Source: an uncultured Candidatus Poseidoniales archaeon (GTDB lineage Archaea; Thermoplasmatota; Poseidoniia; Poseidoniales; CAYMED01). Taken from it: a DNA stretch of 31,388 nucleotides. Positions 8,345 through 16,200 of this stretch are shown piece by piece. The notes beneath the pieces are model-generated. The model saw only the letters and a list, made by a program, of their open reading frames with translations. It was not told the DNA's origin and made no database searches. The stretch is taken from contig CAYMED010000007.1 of NCBI GenBank assembly GCA_964389655.1, positions 1 through 31,388 of the forward strand, given 5' to 3'. Position numbers and translations under genes: made by a program. The first letter of the stretch is position 1. Every line of letters starts with the position of its first letter.

Positions 8345-11300
8345 CAATCAAACAAAGGCGTCAAGTAGCATCATGCATCATGCGCTCATTGTATATGCGT
8401 CGGGTACTACTACTAACGGCTGTTTTCGCCGCATCCTTGAGTTGCGCTTGCGCGCCTGCATGGGCAGGTTCCGCCTCGGGCCGCGCTCCAGGGATTGACT
8501 TGACAATTGAATCAATAGGATTTGATTATGTCAATAATCAGGATCACCTGACTTACGGCCTTGTATCCCCGATTTCCATCGCTAGTTTGGGAAAGTCTGC
8601 CGAACTACATGCAGTACATGGCATGACGGGTATACCCCAAAGATTGTCCATCGTAGTAGGAAATACCGGCGACACAATGGCCAGTGGTGCTGTGGTGGAG
8701 GTCACAGTCAAGCATGATGAGTACGAAGATTTTATTCTCTTCCAAACTTCAACCGCAGTTCCTGACATCCAAGGTGGAACAAATACCACCATCTCTGTTG
8801 ATTGGACACCTGATTATTCTGGAACGCACCGTTTAGAGACAACTGTAACTCATATTCAGGACACGAATTCTGCAAATGACAACATGTTAGGTGCTTACAT
8901 TATCGGAACGTTCCATACGTCATTTCCCAACGCTGCAAGTTGGACATTCACTGGTGGTTCTGGATGGGCCCACTTAACTACAGATGGTCTTATCGGAACG
9001 GGTCCCTTAGGGACATATGGCACTGCGAGTTGCCTTGCCATCGGGCGAGGAGCGGCAGCATCCGGTGTTTATGCCCCGAATTTGAATGCATCAGCAACTT
9101 CATCAGTCTTTGGTTATGGAGATGCCCACCCCACTCCAACTCGCCAAGGTGGCGCATCTGTTATTTTTGGGGGAACTGCGCCGCCACCAGATGGATTTCA
9201 TATTGAGTACATGAGTATGAATGGCGGGTGGAAACGCGCTACTACAGATATTCAAACAAATGAAGGAGGAGAAACAAGTTGGAGAATTACATCCTCATTT
9301 ATTTCCGGAGCCAATGTCAATCGGATTGGCATGCCTGCTGAGGCATTTCATTCACAGAGTCAATTCCGGTTTACTTTCCTCTCAGATGCCTCTACAGAAG
9401 ACATGGGCCTCTATTTTGACGAATTCACAGTTATGTATGATCAAAAGGCCCGTGCAGAGGAATTTGGCCTTAATTTGGCACTTATCAGCGATGGCACTGT
9501 CGAACAAGGTGGGTGGGGTGGGCCAACATTTGAACTCAGAAATACGGGCAATCTTACTGAAACCTTTGTGCCATCTTGGCCTACCTTACCCGCAGGTTGG
9601 TCCGCAGACCTTCTCAAATTACCCGCTAAGACAAGAATCCACAATTCCACTGGAGTGAAGTTGGCTCCAAATCAAACTGTAGAAGTAATGCTCCAACTTC
9701 ATCCTGACAAAAGTGCTAGCCTAGGTGCGATAGGTATTGATCTCGGATTCTATAGTTCTGAGCAAAATTCAGTCCAAAAGACTGTTACTGGAAACCCTGT
9801 TGTCGAAGCTCGCTCGGAGGTGGTTTGGGATAACGCTGATCTTGACGTCTATTGTGCTGCGGGCGGCCTATGTACCAAGAGCGTCAAGATTTCGAACCTT
9901 GGACCTAGGCCGGAGAACGTGAACATCGAGCTGATCCCCCTAAATTTGCGAACAGATTGGACGGCTCAATTGTCAGAAGGGGATCCTGCACAGATCACCA
10001 TTCCGTCAGGATCAATCGGCTCGGTTGAGCTCGTCTTTAACCTCCCTATATCGGCACAGCCGGGGGAACGCACTTTAGTGAGGCTTGACCTAGAGATTGA
10101 TGGGCGCGGAGACCCTGCCCAACATGCATGGGTCAATGCAACTGTCGCACCAAAAGCAGATGCTGAAACAGGTATTGACAGCATACACAAGCACATAAGT
10201 GGTGATTGGTCTGTACAACCAGGGAAAACCCGTGATGTTGTGCTCTCTCTTTGGAACAATGGAACGGGTACTGAAACATTCACAATTACACCACAAATTA
10301 GCAACGATTTGGGGTGGGGTGTAGAGGTAACTGGTAATGGAACGCATGCAGTATCAAGCACTTCGGGCGCACACAGAGTCAGATTTGCTGTAACTGCTCC
10401 ATCTGATGGGCTCATGGGTGATCTTGGACCACGTATTTCCTTAGATGGTGTTAGCGCAGGGGGGGCTGTCGCTGTACAAACTGGATCCATCACCGTAACC
10501 GTTGGGAGGGTGCTAGAAATACACCTAGATGCTCCTTATCCACCTAGTGAGGTCTTACCGGGAAAAAGTTCAGTTGTGACAATCAAGACTGAAAATCATG
10601 GCAATGCAGCTGAAGAATATGCACTCGACATTGAGGTCCCCGAAGGTTGGAGCCACACAGACCTTGTGCCAATGGAGGGAACGAACCTCCATCTAGATGC
10701 CCCCATTGGAGGTATATCGAGCCAGCGCTCCCAATTCACCATTACCGCACCATCAAATGCAGATGCAGGACCATCAGGTAATATTCGGGTTACACTCGAG
10801 TCCCCTCATGAAAATATGGCATCGCTACTCCATCAGACAAATCTTACGATCCCACTCACAGTATCCAAGACTTTTGGCCTCGAATGGTCGTCAGTCCCCC
10901 AAATTGGTGTTTCGGCAGAAGTTGGAGAAATGACTGAGATCCCCCTTCACTTGAGTAACACGGGAAACAGCAGAGACACAAGTAGTAGAATACGACTTGA
11001 ACTTAAAGAAGGAGAGGCGGGGGCCGTATCACTCATCGTTGCAGGGAAAGCCTTTGCGACAGAGGAATGGGCCGAAATTTCTGCTAAGGCAGGGAGGGAT
11101 TTTGAGATATATATCAGGGTAAGCCCCAATGAAACTGACCTTAATTCTAAAATTAAGGTGAAAGTGCAGATCGAGACAACTACTGTACCCGATCTAAATC
11201 CTAAAACTCTAAGCCATGATCTAGAAATCCAGATTACTGCGCGGAGAGATTTCTCATCTTGGATTTACCCACCCGCATTGTGGTCAGTAGCACCAGAGGA

Positions 11301-12459
11301 TACACTTACGTGGTATGTCGGTGCAGCAAATGACGGTACAGTCTATGAAAGCATACAAGTTGTAGCTGAATTGGAGAATGAGGATCTTGGATGGGACATT
11401 AGGTATGATCCTGGTGGGAAAATTAGCATTCAGCCAGGCCAAAACATCACTAGTGCAATGCTCATTAGGTTGACTGCCCCTGAACTTGCCTTTGGAACGA
11501 ACCTTACAATACGCGTGATCGGAAGCGATGGCACAACAATTTTGCTCGAGGAAAGTTATCCCATTTCAGTGCGTGGAAGCACGAGCGTAGGTGAACTCGC
11601 TAATCGCGAGGCAGAGGCAGGACTTCTCGCCGAGGGATTCCAGCCGATTCATGCACTGATATTCATCCCGATTTTCCTCTTACTCGCGATCGTGGGTTAT
11701 AGGGTCATTAGGAATAAAGGAAAGGATATTGAGCATTATGAAGAAGATGCTAATCACACTCACTCGGGACAGAATGCAAGTGCGCAACAAGCATCCGAAA
11801 ATGCGAACCCCACGCAGTATCATGCACCTCACGCTTATGCCACTACACAACATGTTCAACCAGTTGCAAGTGTACAGGATACAAACCCTTACTCGACCGC
11901 TCAAGTAACAAATCCACCTGCTACCACATGGCATGCTGCAGCACCATCACACGCTGCTAGTAATCCCTATGCTACCGCAGTACTGCCCAATGCCAGCACT
12001 CATGTTACTGCAGTAACAAGTGTACATACCGAACAAAGCACCGCAGTTCAGCCACATACCCCCGACCCCATGAATCCTACTACTCAAGTGCAAGCGCCTC
12101 AGCAGCATGCTAACACACCACCAGCCGCATTGAATTCTGCATTCGCAGCCTTGGGTGGACCGTCAACTGGAACACAAGTTATGGGCGCTACCATGCCTGC
12201 AGGCCCACCCCAATCCGTTGCACCCCCCTCAGCAATCACGCAACAAGCTACTTCGCCAGTTACCACACCTGTGCCCGCTGAATCAGCGGCTCATCCAGAA
12301 GTGGCGCTGCCTAACATTCCATGTCTTACTTGCGGAAACCAAATGACATCAGATGTCGCATGGACACCATGTGTGAACTGTGGCTCGTTCCACCACTCCA
12401 CGTGCTATTCATCAGTACCAACATGTGCTGGTTGTGGCGCTTCAACATCTGGATCTTGA
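8341..12459 (+). CDS. Large cell-surface protein: signal peptide, CARDB/NEW3-like Ig repeats, one jelly-roll module, TM helix, P/A/T/Q-rich tail and C-terminal C4HC3 zinc finger
   Basis: Signal peptide MRRVLLLTAVFAASLSCACAPAWA (start may be ATG 8395); repeated N.G(N) + P.GW modules; TM ALIFIPIFLLLAIVGY; terminal CLTC-x12-CVNC-x4-H-x2-C-x6-CAGC. Confidence 0.85.
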   Translation: MTIKQRRQVASCIMRSLYMRRVLLLTAVFAASLSCACAPAWAGSASGRAPGIDLTIESIGFDYVNNQDHLTYGLVSPISIASLGKSAELHAVHGMTGIPQRLSIVVGNTGDTMASGAVVEVTVKHDEYEDFILFQTSTAVPDIQGGTNTTISVDWTPDYSGTHRLETTVTHIQDTNSANDNMLGAYIIGTFHTSFPNAASWTFTGGSGWAHLTTDGLIGTGPLGTYGTASCLAIGRGAAASGVYAPNLNASATSSVFGYGDAHPTPTRQGGASVIFGGTAPPPDGFHIEYMSMNGGWKRATTDIQTNEGGETSWRITSSFISGANVNRIGMPAEAFHSQSQFRFTFLSDASTEDMGLYFDEFTVMYDQKARAEEFGLNLALISDGTVEQGGWGGPTFELRNTGNLTETFVPSWPTLPAGWSADLLKLPAKTRIHNSTGVKLAPNQTVEVMLQLHPDKSASLGAIGIDLGFYSSEQNSVQKTVTGNPVVEARSEVVWDNADLDVYCAAGGLCTKSVKISNLGPRPENVNIELIPLNLRTDWTAQLSEGDPAQITIPSGSIGSVELVFNLPISAQPGERTLVRLDLEIDGRGDPAQHAWVNATVAPKADAETGIDSIHKHISGDWSVQPGKTRDVVLSLWNNGTGTETFTITPQISNDLGWGVEVTGNGTHAVSSTSGAHRVRFAVTAPSDGLMGDLGPRISLDGVSAGGAVAVQTGSITVTVGRVLEIHLDAPYPPSEVLPGKSSVVTIKTENHGNAAEEYALDIEVPEGWSHTDLVPMEGTNLHLDAPIGGISSQRSQFTITAPSNADAGPSGNIRVTLESPHENMASLLHQTNLTIPLTVSKTFGLEWSSVPQIGVSAEVGEMTEIPLHLSNTGNSRDTSSRIRLELKEGEAGAVSLIVAGKAFATEEWAEISAKAGRDFEIYIRVSPNETDLNSKIKVKVQIETTTVPDLNPKTLSHDLEIQITARRDFSSWIYPPALWSVAPEDTLTWYVGAANDGTVYESIQVVAELENEDLGWDIRYDPGGKISIQPGQNITSAMLIRLTAPELAFGTNLTIRVIGSDGTTILLEESYPISVRGSTSVGELANREAEAGLLAEGFQPIHALIFIPIFLLLAIVGYRVIRNKGKDIEHYEEDANHTHSGQNASAQQASENANPTQYHAPHAYATTQHVQPVASVQDTNPYSTAQVTNPPATTWHAAAPSHAASNPYATAVLPNASTHVTAVTSVHTEQSTAVQPHTPDPMNPTTQVQAPQQHANTPPAALNSAFAALGGPSTGTQVMGATMPAGPPQSVAPPSAITQQATSPVTTPVPAESAAHPEVALPNIPCLTCGNQMTSDVAWTPCVNCGSFHHSTCYSSVPTCAGCGASTSGS

Positions 12460-12917
12460 ACGCGTACCCAAGGGCCGAGTTTTCCACTGGGGTCTTCTTC
12501 AGGAGCAATTGACCATTTATGCTGAAATGGCTCAGAAAGGACGCAAATCAGACCTAAATGCTCAAATTGTCGGAGTGCTGCTTCAGTTCGCAGCCGCGCA
12601 GGAGCAATGCGTTCTTGGAACGTCACATCCAACAGTTCAACGATTTCAAGGAAGATTCTGCTTCCATCGCACAACTCCCAAAGCAAGCTGTTGAGATCAT
12701 CGAAGGGGCGTCGTATTTCTTTTGATCCACCTAACAAGCGGTGTAACATACGCTCAAACCAGTTGAAGCGCTTAAGGAAACGGATAGTTACTCGTTGCCC
12801 CTGAATTCCATCTAACTCAGGATGTGGGCCCGCAGGTCCTGATCGCCCCCACCAAACAGGTAAGCGTGTAGGGTACTTTCCCACATATCTTCCCCCAGAC
12901 TCAGGATCTTTATCCAT
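12405..12917 (-). CDS. PqqD/RRE-like peptide chaperone domain protein
   Basis: FDDLNSLLWELCDGSRIFLEIVELL...F...EAALRQFEHLGLI matches the PqqD pattern (LD..G..IW..IDG..T..EI...L...L..L...GLI); GGTGAGG SD upstream. Confidence 0.78.
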   Translation of the reverse strand: MDKDPESGGRYVGKYPTRLPVWWGRSGPAGPHPELDGIQGQRVTIRFLKRFNWFERMLHRLLGGSKEIRRPFDDLNSLLWELCDGSRIFLEIVELLDVTFQERIAPARLRTEAALRQFEHLGLICVLSEPFQHKWSIAPEEDPSGKLGPWVRVQDPDVEAPQPAHVGTDE

Positions 12918-13074
12918 ATCCCCACAACCTCACCAAAAGCATTACCATGCCTATGCTTCCACAGATAGCAAATAGGCGGAGGAGTTGTAGGCGCTTAGTG
13001 AAGTGGCGAGTCCACCATGCGCCAATTCCGCAAATTGCGCAAAACAGCAGCAAAAGTTGGGCGGCTGCATCCAT
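12910..13074 (-). CDS. Small hydrophobic Cys-containing protein, 54 aa (not in ORF track)
   Basis: Manual translation MDAAAQLLLLFCAICGIGAWWTRHFTKRLQLLRLFAICGSIGMVMLLVRLWGYG*; two hydrophobic segments; stop overlaps the PqqD-like start (ATGGATAA). Confidence 0.62.
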   Translation of the reverse strand: MDAAAQLLLLFCAICGIGAWWTRHFTKRLQLLRLFAICGSIGMVMLLVRLWGYG

Positions 13075-13130
13075 CTTACCAAATGAGACTCCATAAAGCC
13101 CATATCAAGCCAGTGGGCGGCCGGCCATTA

Positions 13131-13204
13131 GTGATCGTGGGTTAGTTTGGCTATACTTGGCGCTTCGGGGGCGCTAGGCCCCAGTTCAAACCTGAGCGGG
13201 CCCA
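13131..13204 (+). tRNA. tRNA-Pro(CGG), structurally degenerate (possible pseudogene)
   Basis: D arm GGTT-AGTTTGGCTA-TACT; anticodon arm GGCGC-TTCGGGG-GCGCT; T arm CCCAG-TTCAAAC-CTGAG (one C-A mismatch); acceptor GTGATCG/CGGGCCC with two mismatches; discriminator A. Confidence 0.8.
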
Positions 13205-13229
13205 TTGCCGGCGAAGCGTGAAGAAGGAC

Positions 13230-13790
13230 TCAATCAGAACCACGTCGGTCACGCAGCGAGGTGGCGGTTTCTAGGAGACTCGAAACCATCCGTGTCAGTC
13301 GCCCATCTAACTCAGGATCGGTGAATTCGCCACCTTCATCGAAGGCATTCTTTGCGTGTGGAACTGCAAGTTGCTCAGGAATGCAATACCCGTGCAGCCA
13401 GCGGGTCACAATTCGCAGATGATTGAGGGCATTACTAGAGGACACTCCCCCAAGGGTTGCCATCAAAGCAAACGCTCGTTTGCCCACATGGCTAGAATAT
13501 ACCCAATCAAGTTGTTGCTTCATCAAACTCGAATAGGATCCATGATATTCAGGGGTCGAAAGGATATATCCATCCATACTAGAGGCCAATTCTTGAAATT
13601 CTTTCACGGTTGGATCTTGCCAACTTCCCTCTGCTCCAACGATAGGGAGGGGTTTTTCCTCAAAATCCCATATACAAATTTCCGCGCCGCGCTCTTGAGC
13701 GAGGCCCATCGCTTTCTCAAGAAGGTGCCCATTTGTTGATGAGAGAGGCAAGGATCCGGAGAGGCCTAGGATACGCAATGGGGTAGACAT
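13230..13790 (-). CDS. NAD(P)H-dependent FMN reductase (flavodoxin-like)
   Basis: ILGLSGSL..SSTN, STPEYHGSYSSLMKQQLDW, GG.SS.NAL.HLR. Start placed at ATG 13790 (track GTG 13835). Confidence 0.9.
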   Translation of the reverse strand: MSTPLRILGLSGSLPLSSTNGHLLEKAMGLAQERGAEICIWDFEEKPLPIVGAEGSWQDPTVKEFQELASSMDGYILSTPEYHGSYSSLMKQQLDWVYSSHVGKRAFALMATLGGVSSSNALNHLRIVTRWLHGYCIPEQLAVPHAKNAFDEGGEFTDPELDGRLTRMVSSLLETATSLRDRRGSD

Positions 13791-13837
13791 ATCGAGCGGA
13801 AAAAGGGGTCCCCTTTCGTGAATTTCGGTCGACACGA

Positions 13838-16180
13838 ATGCAAAGAACCCTTATTGCCGATTGTTCAACGTCGGCATACCATATGACCGCAGCATCCATG
13901 GACAATGAGGCGATCGAGCAGGCCAAAATGGTAGATGACATATTCACAGATTCGTTCATGGGTTTTGCTTCAGGCGAGGGGTTGAGTTCAGTTCATGAAC
14001 ATGTAGGCAAGCCTACACCAGCAAGTGAAAAAGAACCGATTCCAAAAATAGAGACCCCTACACTTGTAATTGAGATGCCAAATGATCCATCATTGCTCAT
14101 CGAAACAGGACAGGCATTGGGTGAAGCGGGAAATCTCCAAGAGGCTCTAGAGCGTTTTGATCGCGCATTATCAATAGATGAGAAACTGATGTTTGCGTGG
14201 TACAATCGCGCTGTTGCACTTATCTTAATGAACCGGCATGATGAAGCAAGGCACGATCTCGAAGTAGCCTTGGAACTTTCACCTGACCACTACCCTTCAA
14301 TTGTGAATTTGGCAATCTTGTGTGACCACCTCAAGGATGTTGAACGAGCTGCCGACTTAGCACTACAAGCACTCGACCGAGATCCAGACCACACAATGAT
14401 GCTTGGGATTGCGGCTAAGGCTGGCCGATTACAAGGGCCTGCACCTAGAGATGGGCCCACCCCCGCACCCCCCATGGATGGTAGACTACCAGAACAGGAT
14501 GCGGAAGATGAAACCCCAAAGGTCAATCATGATGAAGAAGAAGTAGCGGCACCTATTCCCGATTATAACAAGAAGGCAACCTATTCAGACAATGTCCTCA
14601 AATCAGTAATGAATGAGCATGGGATTGACGACGCTGAAGCGGTCATTGCTGCGGCTGAAGTCTATGATGATGGAAACCGATACTTGAACAGAGAAGAACT
14701 TGCCGCAGGGGCAGCAACAGTAGCGCTTGCTTCTGAAACGGGAACTGACCTTGATGCATTAGTCTCAAAAGCTACCGAGGCGATTCGGAATGGTGATCCA
14801 AAAACCGCATATTCAATCATAGTTGATGCACTTCGTGAAAGTGGTGCTGATCACGTAGCCGCTTGGCGTGTTGCTGCGAATGCCTTGGCTCGTTTGGGGG
14901 CAGATGAACATGCAATTTCTTCCTTTGAGCATGCAGTGCGTCTAGAACCGAATGATGCATCGACCCGTTACAACCTCGGATTGCTGCTTCGTAAAACGGG
15001 CAATATTGAACGAGCATCTAAGCAACTCAGAAGTGCGATTTCAACGCAGCAGGACCACAAGAAAGCCGGCATTGCTCTATTGAAAATTGGCACGGAAAGG
15101 CAGAACCTAGAGGACCAACTCTTGGGTGGACGGGCAATTCTAGCCAATGAGCCAAGCCATGAGCATAGATTGGCGCATGTCCGCCTCCTTTTGGATCTCG
15201 CCACAGGTGAGCGCCGTGTGCTCGAGATGCATGGCGCATCCCTACCACAAACACTCCCAGAAGCGCCTGAACTTGCTGGTGAGGCCGAACATCACCTTGC
15301 CAATGCCACATCCCTAGATGAACGGCTGATGTTGGCTGAAGCAATGAGTTTTCAGAATAGACACCCCGATGCAGTTACGTTGTTACGCAGTTTGCTTGAA
15401 GTGGACAAGGAAGACATCCGAATTTGGAAAGTTATGGCTGATGTATTGACTGCTGCAGGACAGCCAGAAAAGGCAAATCAAGTTCGAGGAAAAATCGAAG
15501 CATTGAGGGGAACAAAAGACACGAGTATACCACCACCCATCAAAATGGTATCATCACCAAGTGCTGCCAAGGCAGATGTGCCAGTCCAGTCTGACCCTGA
15601 AGCGGATAGGAAGGTCACGGAAATGCTCAGCACAAGGCCCACCTCAACCCCCTCCCCTCGCACTGAACCATCTGAGACAAAAGTCAGCGTGGACCTTGCT
15701 GCCGCCGCACTTGAAGCAGCAGCACTTGTTGAAGCAAAAACAGGTATCCAAACGGTTTCATCATCTGTTTCAAACCAAGACGTCGAATGGTATAACCGAG
15801 GCTTGGGGCTACTCGGCGATGGCAAGCACAAGGAGGCATTGTCATGTTTCGATAAGGCTCTCGCCGCATTTGTTGATGATGACACAATGATTGTGCGGGT
15901 CCTTAATGCACGAGGTAGTGCATTGTACATGCTTGATGAATTTGCTGGGTCAATAGAATCATACATGAAAGCCATCCAAATAGACCCCGCTTCTGCTACT
16001 GGACAGACACTGTACAACATGGGTGCCGCATACGCAGAAATAGAGCGATATGATGATGCGATTCGATGCTTTGAACAAGCGATACCACGTGGTTTAGCCC
16101 AAGATGCATCGGCACGCGCCAAGGAAAATATCCGCTCATGCCACCTTTTGAAGAAGGAGAAGGCACGCTTGGGTCGTTAA
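13838..16180 (+). CDS. Tetratricopeptide-repeat protein with low-complexity linkers
   Basis: Multiple TPRs (AWYNRAVAL, TRYNLGLLL, EWYNRGLGL, TLYNMGAAY) in three clusters separated by P/E/T-rich linkers; start uncertain (13838/13883/13898). Confidence 0.88.
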   Translation: MQRTLIADCSTSAYHMTAASMDNEAIEQAKMVDDIFTDSFMGFASGEGLSSVHEHVGKPTPASEKEPIPKIETPTLVIEMPNDPSLLIETGQALGEAGNLQEALERFDRALSIDEKLMFAWYNRAVALILMNRHDEARHDLEVALELSPDHYPSIVNLAILCDHLKDVERAADLALQALDRDPDHTMMLGIAAKAGRLQGPAPRDGPTPAPPMDGRLPEQDAEDETPKVNHDEEEVAAPIPDYNKKATYSDNVLKSVMNEHGIDDAEAVIAAAEVYDDGNRYLNREELAAGAATVALASETGTDLDALVSKATEAIRNGDPKTAYSIIVDALRESGADHVAAWRVAANALARLGADEHAISSFEHAVRLEPNDASTRYNLGLLLRKTGNIERASKQLRSAISTQQDHKKAGIALLKIGTERQNLEDQLLGGRAILANEPSHEHRLAHVRLLLDLATGERRVLEMHGASLPQTLPEAPELAGEAEHHLANATSLDERLMLAEAMSFQNRHPDAVTLLRSLLEVDKEDIRIWKVMADVLTAAGQPEKANQVRGKIEALRGTKDTSIPPPIKMVSSPSAAKADVPVQSDPEADRKVTEMLSTRPTSTPSPRTEPSETKVSVDLAAAALEAAALVEAKTGIQTVSSSVSNQDVEWYNRGLGLLGDGKHKEALSCFDKALAAFVDDDTMIVRVLNARGSALYMLDEFAGSIESYMKAIQIDPASATGQTLYNMGAAYAEIERYDDAIRCFEQAIPRGLAQDASARAKENIRSCHLLKKEKARLGR

Positions 16181-16200
16181 TCGGGGAGGTAATGGAAAAC

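Noticed and set aside
11740-12310. Tandem repeat in the P/A/T/Q-rich tail
   Set aside because: Low-complexity protein linker with only loose NP(Y) echoes and no DNA-level repeat unit.
13131-13230. tRNA as the attachment site of an integrated element
   Set aside because: No integrase nearby, I noticed no duplicate of the tRNA 3' end, and the flanking genes look native.
15478-16122. 214-aa antisense ORF and other long shadow ORFs (e.g. 9966-10493, 2222-2647, 27642-28076)
   Set aside because: They lie opposite or within well-supported genes, are S/A/R-rich and have no motifs, as expected of shadow frames.
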